This document shows positions 12,156 to 22,212 of a stretch of DNA of 64,000 bases, in pieces. The notes beneath the pieces were generated by a model, which ran no database searches, was not told where the DNA came from, and saw only the letters and a list, made by a program, of their open reading frames with translations. This DNA is from a virus: IMG/VR virus record IMGVR_UViG_3300030380_006185, positions 64,001 through 128,000 of that record; one strand, 5' to 3'. The translations under genes and the position numbers were made by a program. The number at the start of each line of letters is the position of its first letter. The stretch's first letter is position 1.

Positions 12156-12737
12156 ATTTAGTTAGGAATTATTTCCGCATCTTTAATTGTTTCTACAAAT
12201 AAAAAATGAGAATCAGTTCGTAAAACATGATCAACTCCATATAGCCCATCTCTCCATATTTTAACATTCTCCATATTTAATACTCCTTCTTTATCTGTAA
12301 AGTGGGAAATTCTAATGTCTCTATGGACAAAATAACATTCACCACCATTTCTATAAAATTGTTTCATTTAATATTATATTCTTTTTTGTATTGTTCAATA
12401 AACGATTTACCAATCCCTATTTCTATTATTTCATAATTACTTGGTAATAAAGGATTTCTTTTTCTAGAATTTATAACCTCATCCACTCCATTTTCTGTAA
12501 TTAACATCCAGTATTTTTTTCCTGTTGGTTTTTTATAAACAACAACTGTGGTAATTTTTTTTTCTTCTGGTCTTCCTTTACTCATCATCTAAGGTATTAG
12601 CCACTAATAACACTCCAAATAATACTATAAATACCATCGCTATACTCATTCCTTTTTCCAATTATCTAGTATTACTGCTGCTATTAATAATAGAATACTA
12701 AAAGTTACTACTGCATATTCTATTGGGCTCATATTTA

Positions 12738-13511
12738 TTATTTTATTAAATTTATATGTCCGTGTACTTGTAATGTTTCTCCTAGAACATTAGTGTATAT
12801 TACTCTATAAAAATAAACTCCAATTGGAGAATTATTTCCATCCCAACCTTCATTTATGTTGTTATTTTCAAATACTATTTCATTCCATCTATTGTATATT
12901 TTGAAATCAAATTTTTCAATCCCATTCCCTATAGGTTGTAATATATCATTAGACCCATCTCCATTGGGTGTAAAAGAATTTGGAATATATAACCCAATTT
13001 CACATTCAGGTCCGACTTCAATGTAACCATCATATAATAAATAGTGATATGAATTGCAAACACTATTTATGTTATCTCCCCTAGATGTTACAATAATTGA
13101 TAAATCTAATTCTTCACAACTATCTTTAACTTGAATTTCAAAGCAAAATGAACGAATACAATCCCCAAAAAAATCCCAATCCCCTATATCATCTGAGGGG
13201 TTATTATTACTAGGGCCAAATTCAAAATGCCACCCATTATTCACCCACACCCAATCTCCTTCTGTTGTAATACTACAGTTTTGGGGTGGGTTAAGTGGAG
13301 TTAAATTTTCCCATCCTTCTCCTAATTCTACTTCTAGACTTTCTAATTTACAAGTACTACCTCCTGTCCATCCTTCCATTTGGTAACAAGCTAGAACTTT
13401 CTCACCTTTAGGGTAACTAGTTTTATCAGGGTCTAGGTATGATGTTTCTATCCCTATTGGGGATTGATTATAACTAAAAAGAGGTAATAATAAAAAAATT
13501 AATTTATTCAT
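12738..13511 (-). CDS. Secreted protein with T9SS type-B (gliding motility-associated, CHU_C-like) C-terminal domain
   Basis: Signal peptide then Q; C-terminal YIPNSFTPNGDGSND...IYNRW...WDG...GVYFY...GHINLIK. Confidence 0.9.
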   Translation of the reverse strand: MNKLIFLLLPLFSYNQSPIGIETSYLDPDKTSYPKGEKVLACYQMEGWTGGSTCKLESLEVELGEGWENLTPLNPPQNCSITTEGDWVWVNNGWHFEFGPSNNNPSDDIGDWDFFGDCIRSFCFEIQVKDSCEELDLSIIVTSRGDNINSVCNSYHYLLYDGYIEVGPECEIGLYIPNSFTPNGDGSNDILQPIGNGIEKFDFKIYNRWNEIVFENNNINEGWDGNNSPIGVYFYRVIYTNVLGETLQVHGHINLIK

Positions 13512-14205
13512 CTTCTATTTTTCTTCCACCATCTATTTGCTATAAAACCTATAACTAGTAACATTATACCAAATACAACTACTACATATTCTATTCCATT
13601 CATAATATTCTATTTTTGTTTTTTCCTAAATTTTTAATTATTTTCCAAATTAGAATTTTTTTTATCAAGTTTTTTATCATGTTTTTTGTCTTCTACATAA
13701 GCTGAAGGAGATGGTAATCCACTATAATGGCAATGATCTTTAGCAGGATAGTACTCCAATGTTTTAAAGCTATATTTTAATTTTTCTTTTCTTTTTTTCA
13801 TATTTTTTTGGTGGGAATCTACCCCAATTACCATGACCATCATAATCTATACTGTCATCATCTTTTATTTTTTTATTTTTATTTTTTTCTTGTTTTTCAA
13901 AAAATCCATAAAAAAGTATGTAAGAAACAAATATTACAGAACCAACAAAAAATATTATAAATCCCATCTATCTTTTACTATATGGAAATTTCTTTCTCTT
14001 CTCTTCAATGCCATACCAAAATTTCTCCTGGGATTCTGTGTTATAGTTACCTGCACCCATTGATCCAAGTTTTTTAATTTGTCTTTTATATTTATTTTGT
14101 GCTTTTTCTTGGGATTTATGTGATCTATTAACCATTCTTAACAGAAAAAACATATATGTTACAAATATAAAGAAACCAATACTAAATATTAATATATTCA
14201 TAACT

Positions 14206-14370
14206 TTACTTTTTTAATGTATTGAAAAAGGTTGCTAATCCCAAAATTGAAGGTACCCATATACCAACGAACATTCCTTCGTCTTTATAACCTCCAAACC
14301 ATAAACTAACTGAGAATAGGAAACTGATGAATGCTAGAAGTAAAGGATAATATTTTTCTAATTTTTTCAT
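14206..14370 (-). CDS. 54-aa two-TM membrane protein, not in ORF track
   Basis: MKKLEKYYPLLLAFISFLFSVSLWFGG...GIWVPSILGLATFFNTLKK*. Confidence 0.7.
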   Translation of the reverse strand: MKKLEKYYPLLLAFISFLFSVSLWFGGYKDEGMFVGIWVPSILGLATFFNTLKK

Positions 14371-14430
14371 TTTTTAAAAATTTTTATTTATTAAAATATA
14401 TGAAAAAATCCTTAGATTTCCAAAGAAAAA

Positions 14431-15105
14431 TTAATCAGTAGCAAATAAATCTCTTACTGCTTGTTCATTCCCTTCTGTATCTTCTTGTCCAACTAATTTA
14501 AGAATACCATCAATTATTTCCTCTTTAGCTTCTGGGGTGGTTTCGTTTCTGTATTTTAGAAGAAATTTAGTAATTGCTTCTTCTTTAGGTCTAGAAAGTT
14601 TCATTTTATAATCAACTATATCTCTAAAACTCATAAAACTATAACCATCTACTACACTACTATTTGCTAGTATTTGATCTGTTGATCCAACACTTATACC
14701 TGGTGGGTTCCAAGCTTTAAATGCTTCTATTTCATTTGAAGGTCTGTAGATACCCTTTTTATAATTTGATTTGTGTTTTTCCCAAGTACCATTCTTTTGG
14801 AGATATTTTTTTAAATTAGCCCATTCTTGTTCTCCTGGAATTACTAGGTCTAAATCACCTGGTTCAATTAATTTAAATGCTTTTCTAATTGCAGGGTATA
14901 AATACAATCTACCTGATCCAGATACTAAATATTTTTTGTGATCATCTTTTGTAATACCAAATGGTTCAAATATAAGTTCATCTGCTTGTTTTAGAAGGGA
15001 AGATAATTTACCTGTTATGGCTTCATCAATTTGAAGTGACTCTTCTATTTCACCCCATACTTCATTTACTAAAACCTCTTTAAGATAAATCTCTAATAAT
15101 TTCAT
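14431..15105 (-). CDS. Putative nucleotidyltransferase (Pol-beta superfamily) with MKL..I..E leader
   Basis: hhSGS...GDLDL motif; N-terminus MKLLEIYLKEVLVNE. Confidence 0.55.
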   Translation of the reverse strand: MKLLEIYLKEVLVNEVWGEIEESLQIDEAITGKLSSLLKQADELIFEPFGITKDDHKKYLVSGSGRLYLYPAIRKAFKLIEPGDLDLVIPGEQEWANLKKYLQKNGTWEKHKSNYKKGIYRPSNEIEAFKAWNPPGISVGSTDQILANSSVVDGYSFMSFRDIVDYKMKLSRPKEEAITKFLLKYRNETTPEAKEEIIDGILKLVGQEDTEGNEQAVRDLFATD

Positions 15106-15488
15106 TTTACTACTTTTTCTTTCACTTTTTTAATGATTTTTTCATCATAAAAACTTCTTAATTCTAAAGTTTTAAATGAAAAAAACATCCTTAGTGGACT
15201 TGGGCCTTTTAAATATAAAAAATTATAAGCTGACCACTCTGCTTTTTCCCAATAATTATCTTTAATAATTTCTAATAAAAGATCACCATTTTCATCAACA
15301 TGTTTCCAATCATAAATATGACATACTTTAGTAATACTTTTTAAAAATTTTCTAAATTTAATTGCTCTGATTAAAAATGATAATCCTATAAGTGATGTTC
15401 CTATTATATACATAACTTTTATTTTAAGGTAATATAAGAAAAAAAAGATAAAATCCCCATTCCTTTTTAAATTAATTTAATTAAAAAA

Positions 15489-15565
15489 TGGTGGAGGTAG
15501 AGGGAGTCGAACCCACGACCTCCTGCGTGCAAGGCAGGCGCTCTAGCCAGCTGAGCTATACCCCC
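15489..15565 (-). tRNA. tRNA-Ala(TGC), CCA encoded
   Basis: GGGGGTATAGCTCAGCTGG...CCTTGCACG...GTTCGACTCCCTCTACCTCCACCA; G3:U70. Confidence 0.95.
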
Positions 15566-15939
15566 ATTTTTCTATAGGAAATGGTAAATGAGAGACCAAA
15601 TACAATTCTTGCTAAGGCAACCCATAAAATGCAAATCCAAAAACTATTAATAGGAAGTGCTAAAAATAGTACACCCATAAATATAAACAAGTTTCTTAAT
15701 AGTTTGAAAAAATGCCAAGCATCTGTTAAACCTACTAGCAATGTAGTTGAAAAGAGAAATTTAGGGCCTTGTTTTGGGTCTCCATTTTTATATTTATTTT
15801 TCCATGAAATCTCTGGATTCCAAAATAATTGTGGGTTTTTAGAGTAAAAAACAGAATTATAAAAGTGAAATTGGAGGGTATCCATTACACCTTCACTTAC
15901 TCCTGATAAAATAAAGCAAACTAATCCAATATATTCCAC
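15556..15939 (-). CDS. Multi-pass membrane protein
   Basis: Four hydrophobic helices, SWKNKY and DAWH motifs; 3' end overlaps tRNA-Ala. Confidence 0.7.
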   Translation of the reverse strand: MEYIGLVCFILSGVSEGVMDTLQFHFYNSVFYSKNPQLFWNPEISWKNKYKNGDPKQGPKFLFSTTLLVGLTDAWHFFKLLRNLFIFMGVLFLALPINSFWICILWVALARIVFGLSFTISYRKMGV

Positions 15940-16307
15940 TAGTTATCTTTTCTATATTGGAGATACCAAACTAAAGAAGCTATAAACCCACCATAAGCAG
16001 CAATTCCAGTAGCTATTTTTAAATAGGTTGTGTCTAAGTATCCATTAGCCCACCAAAATGGGTATAATATACACATTACTAACATAAATAAAATTTGTAG
16101 TATGTGAATTGAGTGTTTTTTAAATCGTTTCATAGTTATAAATATTTAAACTTTTTTTATACTTCGGAGAGCTGATTTAAGGTGGGTAATAGTATCACTT
16201 AATGGTTTACTGTTTTCATCATTATACTTCTTTTCTAATTTAGAAATAAGTGTTTCTAATGAGGTTATTTCTACTTTTATTTTCATAATTTTTATTTTTA
16301 TTAATTG

Positions 16308-16380
16308 TTGTCCCACAAGGGCTCGAACCTCGACTCTTCTGGACCAAAACCAGACGTGTTGCCAATTACACCATAGGACA
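16308..16380 (-). tRNA. tRNA-Gln(TTG)
   Basis: TGTCCTATGGTGTAATTGGCAACAC...TTTTGGT...GGTTCGAGCC. Confidence 0.93.
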
Positions 16381-16384
16381 AAAG

Positions 16385-16458
16385 CGGACTGGACGGGACT
16401 CGAACCCGCGACCCCCTGCGTGACAGGCAGGTATTCTAACCAACTGAACTACCAGTCC
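16385..16458 (-). tRNA. tRNA-Asp(GTC)
   Basis: GGACTGGTAGTTCAGTTGGTTAGAATACCTGCCTGTCACGCAGG...GTTCGAGTCC. Confidence 0.95.
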
Positions 16459-16462
16459 TTTG

Positions 16463-16534
16463 TAGCCCATAGGAGAATCGAACTCCTGTTTCTAGGATGA
16501 AAACCTAGCGTCCTAACCACTAGACGAATGGGCC
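16463..16534 (-). tRNA. tRNA-Glu(TTC)
   Basis: GGCCCATTCGTCTAGTGGTTAGGAC...TTTTCAT...GTTCGATTC. Confidence 0.93.
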
Positions 16535-16632
16535 ATGTCCCCTAATAAAATCCCAAAAATATCTTTAGGTTTATTAGGGGGAAAGAAACATCTGAGAGTA
16601 AAAGGAGGGAGAACAGATGTTTCAAATGTTTG

Positions 16633-16716
16633 TACTCGAGGAGGGATTTGAACCCTCACGGGCTAATGCCCACAGGATTTTAAGTCCGGCGTGTCTACCA
16701 ATTCCACCACTCGAGC
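16633..16716 (-). tRNA. tRNA-Leu(TAA)
   Basis: GCTCGAGTGGTGGAATTGGTAGACAC...CTTAAAA, long variable arm, GGTTCAAATCC. Confidence 0.93.
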
Positions 16717-16837
16717 TAAAATCCTCTTATCTCTTTTTCTTTTTTTTCTTTTTTAATTTAAATGCTTCAATTGTTGTTAACCAATCTTTTAATGCTTCAA
16801 TTCTTTGTCTTGGTGGGTTTTTACTCATTTGTTATAA

Positions 16838-17266
16838 CTATTTATTTTTTAATTCTTTAATATGTTTACATTCTCTAGTTTTGGATCTCCAATATCCAGG
16901 ACAATTACATTTGTAACTATCCATTATTTTTCTTACTGTATAAACTGTATCACTAGAACTTGATTTAAATTTAAATAAATTTGGTTCTACTTTTGGTTCT
17001 GGTTTGGTAGGTTTAATCCAATTAATATCATCTAGTGTAGTATTTGGATCTACTTCTTTCCAATCAGGTACAAGGTATTTTTTATCTCCTACATTAAGTA
17101 AAGAAGGTGAAATATATTCATGTATGTAGTCATATTTAAAACGCTTTACACCTACAAACCTTCCTAATCCTTTTGGATAAAATTTAAATTGAGAACTTTC
17201 TCTATATACTAATCTAGTTCTTAAATTTCCGTACTTGTTTAAATTTGAAAACTCAAATAATGGCAT
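16838..17266 (-). CDS. SWIM zinc-finger protein
   Basis: YTV...CNCPG...CKHI. Confidence 0.75.
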   Translation of the reverse strand: MPLFEFSNLNKYGNLRTRLVYRESSQFKFYPKGLGRFVGVKRFKYDYIHEYISPSLLNVGDKKYLVPDWKEVDPNTTLDDINWIKPTKPEPKVEPNLFKFKSSSSDTVYTVRKIMDSYKCNCPGYWRSKTRECKHIKELKNK

Positions 17267-17816
17267 AACCTTAATTTTATAAAAACATACGAAAAAATTT
17301 TTACTTATCCAAATTCTTTTTTGGACGTCCTCTTTTAGGTTTGTTTTCTAGATACTTTATTGCTTTTACAATTTCAGCACATCTCTCATACATTTCTTTC
17401 TCCTCAAAAATAGATAAATGGTTTTTAAGTGTAGTTGAAAATTCTACTCTATCTATTGTAATATCATACATTGTCTGTTCCTGAACTACTAGTACAGATA
17501 AAGCATGATGGTGTTTCTTTTTTCCTTTAAGGTTACTCAGTACTGTATCAACTAAGGCATTAGCAATTCTAATATCTTTTTCTGCTATTAATTTTTCAAA
17601 CTCTTCTGTATCAAACACACTAATTTCTGTTGCCATTAATTCCATTTTAAAATAAATTTAAAAACTTTGGATCAATCTCCATTTTTTTGAGTTTAGTTGA
17701 AATTTCTTCATTCTTTAACATTTTAGTAGCTAATTTTTCTAAATGATTAGATCTTTGTTTAGAATAATCACTTACTAATTTATTATGTTTTTTCTTTTTC
17801 ATTCCAATTATAAATA

Positions 17817-18470
17817 TTATTTCTTTCTTGAAACAAGTGAATAAGGATCTTTATCTACTTTATCTTCCCATTCCCCTAATTCATCTAATTTCTTTTTGTG
17901 GTAATCATCTAATTGGAAATCTGAAGCATCTGTTGTATTGTATACAACTGAATGTCCTTCTAGTTTTTCAATATCTTTTTCATTAAATACTTTACCAATA
18001 TTTAAAAAATAACAATTATAACAAGACATTTGGGCATTACCATCTTGGAAATTATTTTTATTTCCATCTTTAAAAAACATTAATAGTGGTAATTTACCAT
18101 CTATATCTCGCTTTTCATCATAACCACAATGATAACACTGTTCTAGTAAATACCCAGCTTCAATCATTTTAAATTTAACTTTTTCCAAATTAAAAGATGA
18201 AGCATCTGCTCTACCATTTACTATATCATCAATCGCAGGTGCTTTTCTACCAAATGGAGTATCACTCATAAATTTTGGTATACCTTTTCCACTTTGATTT
18301 TTATGTAATTCAAATAAAGATAAACCTGTTTCATCATCTTTATATGATTGCATATAAGGTTTTAAATGTTGATATGAACAATTTAAATATCTAGCAGCTG
18401 CTAATACTGATTTGGTTTTAGCCATTGCTGCTAAACACATTTCTTTTGATATGGGTTTTGGTTTAGCCAT
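17817..18470 (-). CDS. HTH plus degenerate HNH-like zinc-binding protein
   Basis: AAARYLNCSY helix-turn-helix; CYHC...FFKDGNKNN...N...CYNCY. Confidence 0.6.
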   Translation of the reverse strand: MAKPKPISKEMCLAAMAKTKSVLAAARYLNCSYQHLKPYMQSYKDDETGLSLFELHKNQSGKGIPKFMSDTPFGRKAPAIDDIVNGRADASSFNLEKVKFKMIEAGYLLEQCYHCGYDEKRDIDGKLPLLMFFKDGNKNNFQDGNAQMSCYNCYFLNIGKVFNEKDIEKLEGHSVVYNTTDASDFQLDDYHKKKLDELGEWEDKVDKDPYSLVSRKK

Positions 18471-18843
18471 TAGTTTTCATCCATTTTTGATCACTATCTA
18501 ATTTAAAAGCTCCAATACATTGTTTATCCCATTCATTTGGTGATATTAATGATAGGAATACTTCTTCTTTAATATTACAATAAAGGTAATATGTCTCTCC
18601 TATTATAGGTTCAAAAGAATATTTTGAATTATAAACTAAATCATTCCAATCTATTTCTTCAATAAGTTGTCTGTATTGGTTTTTTAATTCTTCAAACCTA
18701 GTTTTAAATTGGTGATTTACCTTAATAACACTTCGTTGCTTCCACACTTCAATATCTTCTTTTTGTATAGCAGGTGCACCCACATTTGTAGTGTAAGGTG
18801 TTATACTAGGGTTATCTACTACTTGGTCTGGTTTTTTTGGCAT
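18463..18843 (-). CDS. DUF2452-like protein
   Basis: PYTTNVGAPAI, YSFEPIIGETYYLY, FLSLISPNEW. Confidence 0.75.
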   Translation of the reverse strand: MPKKPDQVVDNPSITPYTTNVGAPAIQKEDIEVWKQRSVIKVNHQFKTRFEELKNQYRQLIEEIDWNDLVYNSKYSFEPIIGETYYLYCNIKEEVFLSLISPNEWDKQCIGAFKLDSDQKWMKTNG

Positions 18844-18846
18844 GGT

Positions 18847-19326
18847 TTATTTTTTAATTGGGAGTCTTAAACCTACATTAAATATACTTCTAGTACCTAA
18901 AGAAATATCTCCCCCCGTACCTATTTCACCACAAAATACAAAGTGTAAACCAGTGTTAGGTCTAATATTTAATTGAGCGTAGCCCATCAATGGATAAGGT
19001 CTAATACCTAATATAATAGCTATTTGTTCCTTTTTACCATAATAAGAACCAACACCCACTTTTCCAGTTATAATATAAGGATAAGATAAACCTAGTTGTA
19101 TATCTATCAAACTATAGTCCCCCATAGGTATATTAGTACCTATCGATAATGAACCCATAAATTTATCATTATTTTCATAGGTTACACTCATATCTACAAT
19201 GTCTATAACTTCATCTTCATAGTTTACTGTAGTACTTACACCAGCATTAGCTTCTATATAAAAGGATTTGTTTTGTGAGTATAATAATCCAGGTATTAAT
19301 AAAATTAGTAGTAATATCTTTTTCAT
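18847..19326 (-). CDS. Putative small outer-membrane beta-barrel protein
   Basis: Signal peptide ending YSQ; alternating amphipathic strands; C-terminal FNVGLRLP. Confidence 0.55.
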   Translation of the reverse strand: MKKILLLILLIPGLLYSQNKSFYIEANAGVSTTVNYEDEVIDIVDMSVTYENNDKFMGSLSIGTNIPMGDYSLIDIQLGLSYPYIITGKVGVGSYYGKKEQIAIILGIRPYPLMGYAQLNIRPNTGLHFVFCGEIGTGGDISLGTRSIFNVGLRLPIKK

Positions 19327-19968
19327 TTATTTTATATTATGTTTTTTTAAAAATTCATGTAAATGTACTCCATCTGCAATATGGACCCACCCATCAGTTA
19401 TATCTCTTATTATAAATCCATCTTTATCGGTGTACTTATCATAAATGTTAATAAATATGTACCCATTTTCTAGGCATTTCTCATTTAGTAATTTATTGAA
19501 ATATAAATATGCTAATTTCCTTTCCTCATCACTTCCCACGTAAGGAGTATCTATTTCTGGGCAATCACTTTCTCTTGAGGGTGGCGGCACATTATATACA
19601 CAAATGTTTTTTAGGTTTACTTTTAGTCTATCTAAATTTACTTTTATAGCATTAAAGTAGTTGTTGATTAGTCTATCAATAACGTCTTTGTATGTTTGAG
19701 ATTTATTAACGTGTTTGTAAACATGACACCTACAGTCTATTTCTCCAAAACTAAAAACTAGACTATCTCCATCTTCTAGGTCAAATTTACTCACATCTAC
19801 CAATTCAAGTCCTTTAGTTCCAAAACTATTGCAAATAATAGCACCCATATGATGATGCTTAACACCTTCAGGCCATCCATTCCTTTTACATTTGTCGCTA
19901 AATCCTATGTTTATATCTGATTGAAGCGATTCTCCTGCGTGACTATCTCCAAATGTGTGAATTGCCAT
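19327..19968 (-). CDS. SGNH-like hydrolase/esterase
   Basis: FGDSH block I, GEIDCR, DGWVH block V. Confidence 0.65.
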   Translation of the reverse strand: MAIHTFGDSHAGESLQSDINIGFSDKCKRNGWPEGVKHHHMGAIICNSFGTKGLELVDVSKFDLEDGDSLVFSFGEIDCRCHVYKHVNKSQTYKDVIDRLINNYFNAIKVNLDRLKVNLKNICVYNVPPPSRESDCPEIDTPYVGSDEERKLAYLYFNKLLNEKCLENGYIFINIYDKYTDKDGFIIRDITDGWVHIADGVHLHEFLKKHNIK

Positions 19969-19971
19969 TTT

Positions 19972-20214
19972 TTAATCGTTTAGTTTATCAAATCCCTTTC
20001 CTTTTTTCTTTTCTCTTTGTTTAAATGCCTTGAATTCATCCTCTTCCATAATCACTAAATCTGTCCAAGTATGATCTTTTGACCCAAACATTACAGGAAC
20101 ACCACTTTTTGCTCCAGTTGTAGAACAATTAACACAAACTTTTGTTCCAGGTAAAGCCTTTAACCTTAATGGGTTAATAGGTTTCTTACATTTTACACAC
20201 ATTTCATTTTTCAT
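19972..20214 (-). CDS. TraR/DksA C4 zinc-finger protein
   Basis: CVKCKKPINPLRLKALPGTKVCVNC. Confidence 0.8.
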   Translation of the reverse strand: MKNEMCVKCKKPINPLRLKALPGTKVCVNCSTTGAKSGVPVMFGSKDHTWTDLVIMEEDEFKAFKQREKKKGKGFDKLND

Positions 20215-20632
20215 CGTACCGTTTTAAAAATTTTACTAATTGTCGAGGATTTTCAATAATATGTTCTTTTCCATCTTCATCCTCAATTGGTAATATTTTG
20301 TCATCTGGGGTTATACTTTCAAATACCCACCATAAGATAATTTCACTTTTCTTCTCCCCATAAAGTTTAACAATTAGGTCTTTAATAATAAATAAATATT
20401 TTTCTTCATACGCAAATAAATTTACTCCTGCTTTACTAACCCCCATTGTTAAAGATTCTATCTCACAAAGTCTTTCAATTAGTTCTAATAAAAATTTATC
20501 TTCTTTATTTTTGATAGTTCTTTTATTTTTTTTTAGATTAATTCCTTTTCCAAGTTTTTTAACTACTTTCTCAAATCTTTCTTCACTCATAACAAACTTT
20601 TTTAAGATAATACAATATATAAAAAGTATTCC

Positions 20633-20971
20633 TTATTTCCAAAATACCTGTATAAATATTAAAGAAAGAGATAGTAAAAGAGAAGTTAAAGTTTTTAATG
20701 TTATACCTTCTTTAAAAAATATTCCTACAAATAAAGCATAAACTAGTATTCCTACACCAAACCCTATAAAACGAGCTGGCCATAATGTACCGTCAAAGTG
20801 TTGTACTGTATATTTTGTTCCATAGATATATAAGTAAGAAATGGGTATACCAAATAATGCAAGTATAAAGGTATTTTTTTCAAACCAATTCCAAATGAAT
20901 TGACCATTTAATTGAAACCATGTTACTAAATGTGCTCCTAGAAAAAATAATATTCCAAATATTAATCGCAT
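20633..20971 (-). CDS. Four-TM membrane protein (SMR/DMT-like)
   Basis: 112 aa with four hydrophobic helices. Confidence 0.55.
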   Translation of the reverse strand: MRLIFGILFFLGAHLVTWFQLNGQFIWNWFEKNTFILALFGIPISYLYIYGTKYTVQHFDGTLWPARFIGFGVGILVYALFVGIFFKEGITLKTLTSLLLSLSLIFIQVFWK

Positions 20972-22206
20972 ATAATTAAGTTGTTTTCGTATGTCGTTAA
21001 ATCGTTGATTTGAATTTTTAAATTACCTAATTCAAATTCACCTATCTCTCCACTATCCTGAATTATTTCAGACAATTGTTGTATTATTTGCATATCTTGT
21101 TGAGTAAATTTATTGCCATTTATTTTAACAGTAATATTATCTTTAATAACATGTTTATTTGGATCAAATCCTTTAACTCTTTCATCTATATTAAATGAAC
21201 TATATTTTTGTTCTTCTTCACTGTATAAAACAAATTCTTCTAAATCAACGTAAAGATAATCACACCATGGTTCTAATGCTTGTATTAATTGTATATAGCA
21301 ATTTTCAACTACAATACCTACTTCATATTTAGGTGGTACAATTGGTTTCATTAAAGCATCATGTTTACAAAAATGCCCCCATTTACGAATAAATTCTCTA
21401 GTTGATTTTTGGTTTTGAGCTAACCATTCATCTGTTTCTCTATTTTTCATAAACACTTGACCATCAGGGTTTCGTTTTGCTCCATCGGCAAATCTACTCC
21501 CTCTACAAGTCATATGATAAACAAATCCTTCCCATGTTTGAATAAACTTAATTCCATTTAAATGAAAACGATTGAATATATCTGTATCTTCTTTTGATTG
21601 TGGAGCAAATATAGGGTCATGACCTCCTATTTCTTGAAAATCTTTTTTCCAAAATGCCCAAGGTGCAAATATACCTTCTGTAGTTTCTGGCATTGAAGAG
21701 GTATTAGCATTCAGGGGTTGGCCTATTTTTTCATGCATAAACTTAACCCTGTCTAATAGTTTTCTTTCATCAAACTCTTCAGGTTCAATACCACAATCTA
21801 ATAATATTTTTTCAGGGCCAGGTGGATGTAATGGTGGTTCGATTCTAGTAAGTGATACGATTGTTTTTTCCTTTAAATGTTTTTCAATCGCATCTAACGC
21901 ACCTGGACATAAGTACATATCAGCATGGTAAATCATACAAATATCATGTGTTGCTACTTCATTAACTAAACGATCGTATAGTATTGTATGACCTAAACGA
22001 GTTGGTCCTTCATTTCTAATTGCCTTAAATAATGGGTCTTTTTCCATCATTTCTTTACACCATTCCCAAGTATTATCCTTATCACTAAAGTCATCTGCTA
22101 CACAAATTTCTACTTCATGGTCACCTTGGTTTTTACGAATTGAATCATATGACCATTTAAGGTATTTAAGATTATTTCTACTTGGTTGGATAATTGATAT
22201 TTTCAT
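20962..22206 (-). CDS. Glycosyltransferase family 2
   Basis: ISIIQPSRN, VADDFSD, YHADM, IGGHD...EDTD. Confidence 0.85.
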   Translation of the reverse strand: MKISIIQPSRNNLKYLKWSYDSIRKNQGDHEVEICVADDFSDKDNTWEWCKEMMEKDPLFKAIRNEGPTRLGHTILYDRLVNEVATHDICMIYHADMYLCPGALDAIEKHLKEKTIVSLTRIEPPLHPPGPEKILLDCGIEPEEFDERKLLDRVKFMHEKIGQPLNANTSSMPETTEGIFAPWAFWKKDFQEIGGHDPIFAPQSKEDTDIFNRFHLNGIKFIQTWEGFVYHMTCRGSRFADGAKRNPDGQVFMKNRETDEWLAQNQKSTREFIRKWGHFCKHDALMKPIVPPKYEVGIVVENCYIQLIQALEPWCDYLYVDLEEFVLYSEEEQKYSSFNIDERVKGFDPNKHVIKDNITVKINGNKFTQQDMQIIQQLSEIIQDSGEIGEFELGNLKIQINDLTTYENNLIICD

Positions 22207-22212
22207 TTTTGA

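Larger units (their letters stand above)
394..12588 (-). other. Early/accessory region of about 40 small, mostly hypothetical phage genes, many with their own promoter copy
   Basis: Tightly packed minus-strand ORFs of 25-276 aa, punctuated by the repeated AGGAATA-N21-TATATT motif. Confidence 0.85.

Noticed and set aside
5799-12591. Extra copies of the cassette junction repeat (GATGAGTAA at ~5800, ~9225, ~12583)
   Set aside because: Only the generic ATGA/MS overlap matches; the AAACCAAAACAAA part is absent
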